Assembly (NCBI GenBank): GCA_963799845.1
Contig: CAWCYI010000004.1
Span: 1,856,001-1,920,000, forward strand
DNA from: an uncultured Nitrososphaerota archaeon
Lineage (GTDB): Archaea > Thermoproteota > Nitrososphaeria > Nitrososphaerales > CADDZS01
Reading direction: 5' to 3'
Length of the DNA: 64,000 nt
Under the pieces are notes generated by a model, which saw only the letters and a program-made list of their open reading frames with translations, was not told the DNA's origin and searched no databases. Shown one piece after another: positions 20,908 through 30,696 of this stretch. Position numbers and translations under genes: made by a program. Within the stretch, counting starts at the first letter, position 1, and every line of letters starts with the position of its first letter.

Positions 20908-21219
20908 ATGACATATTTCGTGCCTGTTTATTACCTACCACGCCGGATGATGTGCGCTTTGCAAGTCATGCGGGAACTCGACGTTCAATCGATATGTGAG
21001 ACGCTCCTAGACCTGGAACCTGAGGTACTGTATTCGAGCTATCTCAACGCGTCGGGTTCTAGAGTAGGCGAAGCGACGAAAAGTTCGATAACTAATTTCG
21101 AAAGGCTTACCGTAATGGTTTTGCCCATAAATCCGAGTAAGGAATCACTCGTTCTCGCGATTCCGATTAACAGTGATTTGAACGGAATACTCGCGAGAGT
21201 GAAGCAAGTCCTCCCGTAG
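20908..21219 (+). CDS. Small roadblock/DUF6659-like protein (true start probably 20947 or 20968)
   Basis: ICETLLDLEPEVLYSSYLNASGSRVG resembles thaumarchaeal roadblock-like proteins; operator-like TTGATGAATCTTCTA at 20894-20908. Confidence 0.45.
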   Translation: MTYFVPVYYLPRRMMCALQVMRELDVQSICETLLDLEPEVLYSSYLNASGSRVGEATKSSITNFERLTVMVLPINPSKESLVLAIPINSDLNGILARVKQVLP

Positions 21220-21360
21220 TCGTTCGAAGCTGGTCCCACTAGTTCTCTTAGGTTTGCACATGAATCGTGACTTGGGTCGCGTCTCCGTCGAAGACGGATC
21301 TCTGACCAAATACCCTGTATTTGTTACTAATTACGAAAGGGTTGGAACCGTCTGCCCTGA

Positions 21361-21881
21361 CTAATTGTGCTGAGCGACTGTCAATGGGCTTCTTCCGGTA
21401 ACAACTTGCATAGTATCTGGACCGAGGTTTGCAAGCAGATCGATGATGGAAAGGTTTGGAACAAAGGTCTTGGATAGATGTTGCGAATATAGAGTCGGCG
21501 TGTAAGTTTGATACTGGACCGTTAGCCCGTTTCTTTCAAACAAGGATTCATCCATGTAATTTCTGGAACCGCTTCCCGCTACGTAGGTATTTGCACCCAC
21601 TGCTCTGCACACATCCACCAGTCTTTGCGTGGACTTTGATTCAATGCCCAGTTCCGATTCCCTGATCATCTCAATTCTTAATCCCAACCAGGATATCACT
21701 TGCTTTAGGGTTTCAAAATTTAGGTCAAACAGCATATCCCAATGTTTTCTGTACAACTGTTCAAAGTAAATCTCTTGTCGTATTGGACGTCGTCCATTAT
21801 CACGTAGAGATCGGAAAGACTCAGCCTGTGAAAGAAGCCACCATAAGGGAAATACTGGGGCTGATGTATCGCGACCTTCAA
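21361..21881 (-). pseudogene. WbqC-family protein with internal deletion/frameshift
   Basis: N-terminus (M)KVAIHQPQYFPYGGFFHRLSLSDLYVIMDDVQYDKRFT joins out of frame to YFEQLYRKHW...YVAGSGSRNYMD...FVPNLSIIDLLANLG; the usual NRNxI segment is missing. Confidence 0.8.
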
Positions 21882-21969
21882 TAGCCTCTACGTATTCTTG
21901 ACAGTCTTAATGCGTAAATTAATGAGATGTGATATTCTTTCAGAAGAATATTGGATTCAAGAAAGTGTG

Positions 21970-22338
21970 CTAACTTGCAGGCAATTTTTCTCGGATCTGA
22001 TTCGACAATTCCTGTAATGAGACGGGTTTCCTGATAAAGCTCTTAACGTCAAGATTCGGGAACATTTTCTTGAACTCTTCGTAGTAAACCTCAAAGGCTG
22101 TCAGAAACCAGACTGTGGCGTTGCTGTCGACCTTTCTAATCTCTCTGACTAGTTCGAAACCGTTCAGTTTGGGCATCCTAATATCTATCAATAGAAGGTC
22201 GTAAGAACCCGGTTTGTACATAGACAGGGCTTCTTGTGGGTCAGTATATGCGTCGACGCTAAACCCTTTCCTCTCTAGTCCAATTTTCAGGGAATTAGCG
22301 ATGTCAGGCTCGTCATCTACGAGAAAGATTTTGATCAT
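21970..22338 (-). CDS. Stand-alone response-regulator receiver
   Basis: IFLVDDE...DLLLIDIRMPKLNGFE...FLTAF...RKP. Confidence 0.93.
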   Translation of the reverse strand: MIKIFLVDDEPDIANSLKIGLERKGFSVDAYTDPQEALSMYKPGSYDLLLIDIRMPKLNGFELVREIRKVDSNATVWFLTAFEVYYEEFKKMFPNLDVKSFIRKPVSLQELSNQIREKLPAS

Positions 22339-22537
22339 TTGGAAAGGGTTCTGACAGCGAGCCTTTAACCAGACTTAAATGCCTTATCATTTCAGCATCA
22401 AGAAAAATATGGACTCGACCAATGCCGTGGTCATTGTCCTACATAGATGCTTGAAGAGGAAGCTGAATTTTCAAATCTTAAGATAGGATTATAGCTCCAA
22501 CAATTATATACAGCAGAGAGCATACTATAAAATAAAA

Positions 22538-23950
22538 ATGCCCCGGGATCGAGGCCAAATTCTCCAGGTAGCGGATCATCGGAGAATTCCTAACGAATTA
22601 GAGCAATTCCTGCATCACGACGCTTTCTCCCTTGTAGTCAAGGGTGGGGCCGGCACCGGCAAAACTGCTCTGGCATTGACAATTTTTAGCATGTCTGTGG
22701 AAAAGCAAAACTGTCTCTACATTTCTAGCAGGCTCGCTCTCCCAGAGCTGTTTGAGTTCTATCCTTGGGTTCGAAATTACGTGCCCAACACAAAAGCTGG
22801 GAATCAAAGTTCCGAATTTTCGGGTGAGAGTACTGAAGTCGGTCCTTTCGTCGATGCTCGTTTAGATGAGCCCCAATCCCTTTTTGAGAGAATAACAAAT
22901 CAGTTGATGGATGCAAGTTCTCCTCTAATTGTGATAGACACTTGGGACGCCGTCGGGGATTTCATGGACAAAGAAGCCCTAATGACAAATGCAAAGATAC
23001 TCCAAATTTGGAGACAGAGGGCTCGCGCGAAACTCATATTCGTTCTCGAAAATGTGGAGGACATAATTTTCGACAATCTGGTAGACGGAGTTGTGGAACT
23101 TGAAGAAGATTACGTTAATTCGCGGAGAATCCGAAGAATACGTCTGACCAAGCTTCGGGGGATCAAAATCGAAAAGCCCCAGAACTTTTTCACTCTAAAC
23201 GAGGGTGTCTTTCACAGTTTCGATCAATACGACCAGTCGAAGTGGATCGAGCTATCTGATGCCGTCGATTCTGGGTCTTATGGTTTTCAGTCTGTTGATA
23301 TATTTCCTGACGGATCTCTTCGTTCCTCAATCTCAGTTGAGGGCATTCTGGCTGGAAAAATTCCAAAACATACGGTTGTTAGTATTGAACTGGATCCTAC
23401 AGCAAGTTCAAAGTCAATTCTTCCACTTATTGCTAGAATCGTTTCAGGATATTCCAGGAAAAATGAAGTTGTTTTGTTGCCTCCCTTGGGCGTCGCGGAC
23501 AAGGATATCGAGAGCCTATTGAAATTATTTGTCACAAACTCCAAGCAGAGGAGGAGAATCCGGATACTGAATCAGAATAATGGAAAGGCTTGGACAAATG
23601 AAAATTTTGCACAGTTAACGGATGTATTGAAGAAAATTGTCGCCAAGAACAAAGGAAAAGAGAACCGCTCCGAACTTCTTGGTGTATTTTCCATCGGCCC
23701 ATTATTCAACAAGGATATGACTGATCTTGAGAATCTTGTCGAAACCATAATTTCAGATTTTGATTCTTCGGTTGTAGTAACCCGATCGAGTGACAGCTTC
23801 CAGAAGCTATCCGAAATTGCCGATGTCCGTTTCAGGATAATCGAACTGGAAGGAAATCTATTCGTGCAGCCTGATAACCCATGGGCGAGCCTATACGGGA
23901 TCGAGAACGAGAAAAATGGCGAAATAATTTCAGTTAGACCAATGGTATGA
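22538..23950 (+). CDS. GvpD/KaiC/RAD55-like P-loop ATPase with degenerate second domain
   Basis: Walker A GGAGTGKT, Walker B IVIDTWD, R-finger motif IRLTKLRG; the second domain lacks Walker A. Confidence 0.82.
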   Translation: MPRDRGQILQVADHRRIPNELEQFLHHDAFSLVVKGGAGTGKTALALTIFSMSVEKQNCLYISSRLALPELFEFYPWVRNYVPNTKAGNQSSEFSGESTEVGPFVDARLDEPQSLFERITNQLMDASSPLIVIDTWDAVGDFMDKEALMTNAKILQIWRQRARAKLIFVLENVEDIIFDNLVDGVVELEEDYVNSRRIRRIRLTKLRGIKIEKPQNFFTLNEGVFHSFDQYDQSKWIELSDAVDSGSYGFQSVDIFPDGSLRSSISVEGILAGKIPKHTVVSIELDPTASSKSILPLIARIVSGYSRKNEVVLLPPLGVADKDIESLLKLFVTNSKQRRRIRILNQNNGKAWTNENFAQLTDVLKKIVAKNKGKENRSELLGVFSIGPLFNKDMTDLENLVETIISDFDSSVVVTRSSDSFQKLSEIADVRFRIIELEGNLFVQPDNPWASLYGIENEKNGEIISVRPMV

Positions 23951-23969
23951 CGTATAGGGTTTTCGAAAC

Positions 23970-24350
23970 TTAGTTGATAAATGATTCAGCCACATCTTCC
24001 AGCTTACTTCGTGATATTGCAGCTTCCAAAACTTGTTGCAGCTGCTGGTATTTACGCATGAACATCATCCCAGATTCTGTTGTGTAATAACACATGGTAA
24101 CGTGACTTTCATCCTTCCTTCCTTCAAGAAATTTGCAATTAAGTAGAAATGAAAGGTACTGTTGCATCTGTTTTGAGTTCAGATTGCAACTGTACATTAT
24201 TCTTGTCTTGACTGAGCCGGAAACACACTGAGAGAGGATCAACCAGATAATCTCAATCCACCCGCGCTTTCGTTTGCTAGATTGCAAATGTTCCTCTACA
24301 AGCGAATTCAAATATCCTCGCTCTCTCGAAGGTGGAACTTGCATGTTCAT
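23970..24350 (-). CDS. Archaeal winged-HTH regulator (HTH_45-like), divergent paralog 4
   Basis: KRGWIEII...KTRIMYSCNLNSKQMQQYL...YYTTESG. Confidence 0.85.
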   Translation of the reverse strand: MNMQVPPSRERGYLNSLVEEHLQSSKRKRGWIEIIWLILSQCVSGSVKTRIMYSCNLNSKQMQQYLSFLLNCKFLEGRKDESHVTMCYYTTESGMMFMRKYQQLQQVLEAAISRSKLEDVAESFIN

Positions 24351-25050
24351 GTTCCAGTTAGTATCTCCTCAAGGTTGATTCTTTGTTCTGGGGATATTCT
24401 GGGAATTCTCTCAATGGGCACCTGAGCGAGTGCCAAATCCTTCGTTAGACAAAGCTTCAAAACTTGAAAGCCTCCACGTGGTTTGTCGCAGTATTTAGGC
24501 GACTCTGAAGCGCCCGATACTCTGCAAGTCCCTTTATGGCGTTTGCCTTTAGGTACAGTTTACTATGCTGCGACCAGAAGATATCAATTAATCGGACTTT
24601 CTTGTTGATGACGTCAGAAATGTCAAAGTAAACTTGGGGAGAGAAATTCTTGGTAAGCGGGATCTCGTAAGCGAGAATGTTCGAATAGTAACGTCCCGCT
24701 TCCACTGTCGCGAGCGCGATTGCCCGATGATCATGGTGGGAGTCCCCGTCAGAGTGAGTCAGAATAAGGTCCGGTCTTGCCTTGTTTATTATGTGCTCAA
24801 TGTGGTTGATCAAATTATCATTAACGGAAAGCTTCATGTCTTCAAAATTGTCGATCCACAAGTTGGTTGCGCCAATAAACCTTGCCGATTCTTGCAGTTC
24901 CCTAGTTCTCTGAACCGGGTCTCCAGAGGCTGAACCTCTGGTCACTGCGTACATATTCACGAAATGACCTTGGCTGGCGCATTTTATCAAAAGCCCACCA
25001 CAACCCAATTCAATGTCATCAGGGTGGGCATCTATCGCTAATATGTTCAC
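24347..25050 (-). CDS. PIG-L/LmbE-family de-N-acetylase (1-nt frameshift near 24465)
   Basis: AHPDDIELGCGG and DSHHDH motifs; the restored C-terminus EAF(E)VLKLCLTKDL...EEILTGT ends in an ATGA overlap with the wHTH start. Confidence 0.88.
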
Positions 25051-25085
25051 GAGCTTAGAAGACCATCGAATTATCTTATGAATAC

Positions 25086-25125
25086 GGGAATAATGTTCGA
25101 AACATTGTTCTCAAACATTGTAACC
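25086..25125. promoter_or_regulatory. Triple tandem copies of the island operator upstream of PIG-L
   Basis: GGGAATAATGTTCGA, CGAAACATTGTTCTC and TCAAACATTGTAACC at 12-13 bp pitch. Confidence 0.5.
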
Positions 25126-25254
25126 TTTGAATCATATTTTTAATGTCTCGAACTTGTTTTCAAGATTTGAACGACCGTTCTACGAATTTGAACGGGCATT
25201 CTATTCCATGCCGTAATATATCGAATTCCCGATTCAAGATGTAATTGATGGAAA

Positions 25255-25608
25255 ATGAAAGTCATGCTTGTAGACGACGAACAAGATATTCGCGAGCTCT
25301 ATGCCCGGATTCTGAATCGTGAGGGATACACTACAGTGAACTCATATTCAAATGGCGCCGATGCCGTGGCTGCCCTTCAGGAAGAAACAAATCATGCTGA
25401 TGTGATGGTCATAGATTATAAGATGCCAAAAATGGACGGTATTGAGGCTACCAGAAGAATTAGAAGTATGAACCTGAACATAAAGGTGATCATGGCGTCA
25501 GGCAGTGATGAGCTAACGGAATCCGATAGTTCTTTGTTTGACGTTATTTTGACAAAACCTATTTCGTTTCACGATCTGGTGAACGCTATCCAGAGATTCT
25601 GTCTCTAG
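25255..25608 (+). CDS. Stand-alone response-regulator receiver
   Basis: VMLVDDE...DVMVIDYKMPKMDGIE...MASG...KP. Confidence 0.93.
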   Translation: MKVMLVDDEQDIRELYARILNREGYTTVNSYSNGADAVAALQEETNHADVMVIDYKMPKMDGIEATRRIRSMNLNIKVIMASGSDELTESDSSLFDVILTKPISFHDLVNAIQRFCL

Positions 25609-25901
25609 TGATCTTTTTTGATTAGGATAAGAGGCATCGCAGTCTATTGACAATATTTTAGAATCTTTTTCTTTCTTTCTTTCAAGTCTTGCAAAACTGA
25701 TCATAGAAAGGTAAGACGTCGATACGCCGGAGTTAACAATCGAATCCAAAATTGAGTTGAAACACAAAACTTTGACTCGAAAATTCAAGCTTATCTGTCC
25801 AATATTGCCAATCCTGCACACAATTTCTAAACAAAGTCTTAAGAGTGAAAACTCATCCAAAAGACAAATCGAATCCTGAAAAATAAGATGCGTCTTTACC
25901 A

Positions 25902-26282
25902 GTGACTAACAGAAGAAAAATTCTGATCATTGATGACGATGCGGACGTCACACGCCTTTTCAAATTCGGCCTAGAGAGTGGAGGATTCGATGTTGATTAT
26001 TTTAATGATTCAAGGATAGCTCTCGATAGAATCAAACCCGATCTAAAATATGACCTCGCGATCTTGGACATTCGCATGCCCGATGTAGATGGTTTCGAAT
26101 TTTATAGGAAATTCAGTCTTATAGATAATCGGACGGCTGTGTGTTTCTTCACGGCTTTCGAAGACGAAGAGAAAGTGCACAATCTTATGCGAGATGATCC
26201 CAGGATTAAAGGGATCCTCAAGAAACCTATGAGTCTTTCAGAGTTCACAGCTCGAATTCAGCAACTAATCAATGGTAAATAA
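25902..26282 (+). CDS. Stand-alone response-regulator receiver
   Basis: ILIIDDD...DLAILDIRMPDVDGFE...FFTAF...KKP. Confidence 0.93.
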   Translation: MTNRRKILIIDDDADVTRLFKFGLESGGFDVDYFNDSRIALDRIKPDLKYDLAILDIRMPDVDGFEFYRKFSLIDNRTAVCFFTAFEDEEKVHNLMRDDPRIKGILKKPMSLSEFTARIQQLINGK

Positions 26283-26322
26283 TTATTACGCGCCCTAACG
26301 AGAACTAGCGGAGGACCAAGCT

Positions 26323-28258
26323 TTGAAAATACCAGACATTTCTTTTTCAAAGAGATCCTCACTCATAATTGTTGGAATAATCGTCATCGCTGCAGTCTTA
26401 TCTCTAGCTTCTCTCCTATCATACAGCTACACGTCTACGAATATAACAAATTCAGCAATCGGTGAAATCCATCTCAATGCTCAAATTCAAGCGAATGATA
26501 TGAGCAACTTGGTCGTAGCAAAGTTGGAATCTGTCTCTACCAATCTAGAAGTAATTTCCGGATCAAAAGCTGTCGAGAATCAAAATGTAACAGTAGTCCA
26601 GAGCCTCCTCGACGCAGCTCAGAATTCTACGAGTAATTTCACATTTTCTTACGCATGGATTAACAAATCAGGTATTTCGTTAGCCAGCTCTAATATTACG
26701 AATTTTGAAATTGCCAAGCAGGAAGGAGATCTAAACGAGAGCCAGAGGTCATTCTTTATAGAAGCGGAAGAGACGGGGACGACTTACTATAGCACTGCAA
26801 CAATCTCGGTTGTGAGTGGAAAGCAGTACATAGTGATAGACTCAACCGCTATTCATCGATCAATTAAATGGGTCACGCGCCACAAATCTGTTCAACGGAA
26901 TCTTGACAGCGTCAATTAGTCTCATTTCTCTAGGCAGGTACGTTCAAACCCAGTTATCCTCTCATTCCCAAAATTCCGTCGGACTTCTTGACCCGACTGG
27001 GGTTATTTTGTATTCAACTAACGAGTCGGCGATAGGAAGCAATGTTTTCGCAAACCAGTTTCAGGATTCGCTACCTTCAGCCCTAAAAGGACCATTCTAT
27101 TCCATGATCAACGAATCTCTTCTAGGACAGCCTGGAATTTCGGATTTTTCATTCAACGGTTCCAGCGGGACTTTTGCTTATCAGCCAGTATTTGTTCCCA
27201 GAGGATCCAATGAGTCAAACCCTCAAGAATTTGCAATACTTTTTATTTCTGCGCCTCACGTCTTGGCAGCGATCCAGACATCTCAAATTACTTTTCTTGG
27301 CGAAGTAACAGGAATCACAGTTGGAGGAATTGTTGCCGTCTCACTCGTTGCATCCATCACGGTATTGCGATGGAACAAGAGACTTGATGAACGCGTGAAA
27401 GAGAAAACTGCTGAATTAGTTTCTTCAAACGAAAGACTTGCTTTGGCTAACGCTCAGCTTGAAGATCAGAATAGAGCACAAAAAGATCTTATCAACATAG
27501 CCGCACACGAGCTTAGAACGCCCACTCAAAGCATCTTGGTAAGTACGGAAATAATGCAAGATACTTTGCGCTCGGCTGAAAAAGTTTCGTTTCCTTCTAT
27601 TCCATCAGCGGATAGCTCGCCCCTTTTGCAAAGAGCGATCTCATCCAACATAATCACTCCGGATTCAGCCCGGTCGACCGAGACTTCTTATCTAGATCTG
27701 AAAGAATTAGTTGAAACTACAAACAGAAACGCAAAAAGGCTTTCAAAACTGACTCAGAACATTCTAGAGGTTGCAAAGATTGATAATAAAGCCCTAAAAT
27801 TGGAACTTGAAACTTTCAACCTGAACGATACGATACGGGAAGCAATTGAGGATTGCCGCATGTCATCTTCGATTAATGGTTTTGGAAACTACTTCAAAAT
27901 CGTTTTCGAACCCAGTTCCTCTACGCTTCCAGTAACTTCTGACAAAACAAAAGTCTACGAGGTAGTCCAAAATCTATTGAGGAATGCAGTGGAACATTCA
28001 GGAAGCAGTGGTAAGAAGATAATTATTACAGCGGAAAAGTCGAGTGGTTCTATCCTGGTAAGCGTCAAAGACGAGGGAACTGGGATTGATCCTGAAATAC
28101 AACCCAGGCTGTTCAACAAATTTGTAACCAAAATGGGGACCGGACCTGGTTTATACATTTCAAAGGGATATGTTGAAGCGCTTGGTGGAAAAATCTGGGC
28201 CGAAAATAATTCCGACGGGCCTGGTGCGACTTTCTCTTTTTCTTTGCCGCAGGAGTAA
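26323..28258 (+). CDS. Membrane sensor histidine kinase with extracellular Cache-like domain (frameshifted ~26840-26900)
   Basis: TM1, extracellular domain, TM2, AAHELRTP, NLLRNAVEH, DEGTGID, GTGPGLYIS. Confidence 0.88.
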
Positions 28259-28317
28259 CAGAAGAAGATTATCGATTTGATGATACCAAACTTTACGTTT
28301 CAGAAAGTCTGCTGACT

Positions 28318-28716
28318 TCATAGCGAACTTACAATTTGATCCGTCTTTACGTTTGCCAGGGATTCAGCGAGCTGTTCAGATGAAAAAGGTTTCAAGATAT
28401 AGGGCAATCCCGCTTCAATCGCCTTTTGCCTAACGAAATCGTACCCAGTTGCGATGATTATCTTGGTCTTATTTCGGTATCTTTGGATGATCCTGGCCGC
28501 TTCTATTCCATTCATCTCGGGCATTCGATAATCCATTATGATAATATCAAATGACTGACGATCTTTCGCCATCGCCCTGACTATCGAAGTTCCATCTTTG
28601 AAAATAGACGGAGGTGAATATCCTAACTTCTGAATAACTCTTGAATAAAGATCGGTCAGGTTCACATCGTCGTCGACTACGGCAATTTTCAAATTCTTAT
28701 TTTCTTCCACTTGCAA
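28318..28716 (-). CDS. Stand-alone response-regulator receiver
   Basis: IAVVDDD...DIIIMDYRMPEMNGIE...IATGY...LKP. Confidence 0.93.
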   Translation of the reverse strand: MQVEENKNLKIAVVDDDVNLTDLYSRVIQKLGYSPPSIFKDGTSIVRAMAKDRQSFDIIIMDYRMPEMNGIEAARIIQRYRNKTKIIIATGYDFVRQKAIEAGLPYILKPFSSEQLAESLANVKTDQIVSSL

Positions 28717-28814
28717 AAATCCACTCTATCTTATGAGAATACTCGGTTGATGAATACGCACCAGTGCCGAGTCTCGTATAAAAAGGGGCCGTCAATTTTG
28801 CTGGAAGTTTCCTA

Positions 28815-28829
28815 TAGAAGAATCTTCCA
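28815..28829. promoter_or_regulatory. Candidate 15-bp island operator (near-perfect palindrome)
   Basis: TAGAAGAATCTTCCA, one mismatch from the reverse complement of 19036-19050. Confidence 0.55.
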
Positions 28830-28918
28830 AATTATTACCCTCAATAGATGATCAGTAAGTGCATGTTTTTCCGAGAGCAGTTCACGGAAATTCTTGTCAG
28901 GAAAAGGAGACTCCATTG

Positions 28919-29375
28919 CTAAAAGGGGTAAAATTTGGGGAACGTAACTCCAAATGCCAGACCGAGGACGACATCAAGTACAACCAGTACTATCCATGCT
29001 ATTACTATAATCGCCAAAGCTCCGAACCAATTCGTTTCGAAAGAAGCCCGATATACCGCGAGCCAACGTCTGATCCGAGGATGTTGAAATTGCAGTCGAA
29101 CTATTGGCGGAGGATTGGTTCTGATTCGTGAGGGAAGTAGTACTAACATCGCTCGACGCCGAGCTAATCGTCGAATTTGTATCATTTTTCGCGCTGAGGG
29201 GATCAGTCGAATTCGGTAGTTGAGGTGCCGGAATTTGGTTTTGGTCTGCCAGTCCCCGAATAAAGAAGACGCCAACGATCGCCGCAATTACTATTAATGA
29301 AATTAAGAGGAGTGTGAACAAGACAAGAAGACCGTTCTCCCTGTCACCCTTCCTCTCGTAAGGTCGATAAGACAC
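28919..29375 (-). CDS. Membrane protein with S/T-rich loop (likely frameshift joining the two track ORFs)
   Basis: N-terminal TM and S/T/N-rich stretch in 28974..29375; C-terminal TM WFGALAIIVIAWIVLVVL in the other frame. Confidence 0.5.
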
Positions 29376-29484
29376 CGTAATCCGAATAAAATACCAATTA
29401 GTTGCTTTATTGTCGGTGGAGCTTTGTTATCTAGGATAATTTTGGATACGAACCCTTGCTCATTTATAAATAAATACCAAAGAT

Positions 29485-29499
29485 TAGAACAATCTTACA
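29485..29499. promoter_or_regulatory. Candidate 15-bp island operator upstream of wHTH paralog 3
   Basis: TAGAACAATCTTACA followed by TTTTATTA; 37 bp from ATG 29536. Confidence 0.55.
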
Positions 29500-29526
29500 T
29501 TAAATTTTTATTATCGCGGCTCATCC

Positions 29527-29850
29527 GTGATTCTTATGAAGTACAGAAGTAGTACAGAGATAATTGACACTATTCTCAGGTCGTTAGATTCTGGTGCTAC
29601 TAGAACACGGATAATGTACAAGGCATATCTCTCCTACTCCCAATTGAAGGAATACCTCTCCCTGCTCCAAGACAGACAACTTCTGAAGTACGAAGAAGGG
29701 TCGCAGGTCTACACTATTACCGAAAAGGGACTTCGTTTTATGAACGCCTATGATGAGATTAGAGAATTGGTATCGGGGAGTCAAGAGGAAAATTTTCAAA
29801 AGGAGAGTCTGGGGACAACTCCGAATAAGAACCCTGAACTCTCCCAGTAA
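29527..29850 (+). CDS. Archaeal winged-HTH regulator (HTH_45-like), paralog 3; likely start ATG 29536
   Basis: MKYRSSTEIIDTIL...MYKAYLSYSQLKEYL...ITEKGLRFMNAY. Confidence 0.9.
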   Translation: MILMKYRSSTEIIDTILRSLDSGATRTRIMYKAYLSYSQLKEYLSLLQDRQLLKYEEGSQVYTITEKGLRFMNAYDEIRELVSGSQEENFQKESLGTTPNKNPELSQ

Positions 29851-29943
29851 TAAGTCTCTTTTTCCAGCAGAATTTCTTCCCCTCTCATGGTTTTTGAGGG
29901 GCGTTTATTCAGATCTCATTTCTGTTTATTCTGAGATATTTTG

Positions 29944-30480
29944 TTACGTGGAGTAGTGAGCAAGAAGCGTAGAACTCTGGGTGAGAGTTTCGGTCAGGCA
30001 GGGATCAGTACTCCCGTTAGACCAGTGTAGAAATGTGTACTGGTTATAGTTCTCCACGCAAGAGGTGTAAGTCTGTCCTTTAGTTGCTCCAGAGTAAGTC
30101 AGAGGGGAATATCCTTGACTGACAACCTGACCTGATGAATTTGTAATATAATGCGTAGAGTCCCGTAATTTGATTTCCCGACTGTGAAACTGTCTTAATG
30201 GTCAAAATTAAGCTGCCCCCTCCTGTCCCGCCATCGTCCGAATAGGAATCTCCACCGTAAATAGAGACCGTCCCCTGAGTTGAGGAAAGAACGCTGTTGC
30301 TTGAACTCAGGACTTCGATTTCTGCGCTCAGTGGCAAGATGAATTTCCCAACCTCGATGGTCGCCGAGCCACTTCGCTTTGGTGCACTCGCCAATTTACA
30401 TTCCCGTTACTGGGATTGATTAGCTCGACTTTCGCAGCACTTGAGGGTAGACCCGAGACGGTGAGATATTCGCGCTTGTC
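29944..30480 (-). pseudogene. C-terminal fragment of an S/T/G-rich extracellular repeat protein
   Basis: Across frameshifts it reads YLTVSGLPSS...TVSQSGNQITGLY...SGQVVSQGYSPLTYSGATKGQTYTSCVENYNQYTFLHWSNG...AHYST*; no start or signal peptide. Confidence 0.6.
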
Positions 30481-30696
30481 AAATAATAATTCAGAAACGT
30501 GGCGTAGAGTTCCGATCCAGTGTGCGACGTTTCGGGTTCAAGGTATATTTGGAATGGCTTTGGCATCAAGCACTTCAGCGATTAAATCTTGAAATTATAG
30601 TGTACGCGCGAAAGGAATACCGCTTTAGAATAATTTGACGGGGCGTATGAAAATACGGATGATAATCAGTCTGATCGAGATTTAACGAGAAATTTT

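Noticed and set aside
22538-23950. Gas vesicle or circadian clock locus
   Set aside because: No gvpA/gvpN or kaiA/kaiB genes are visible
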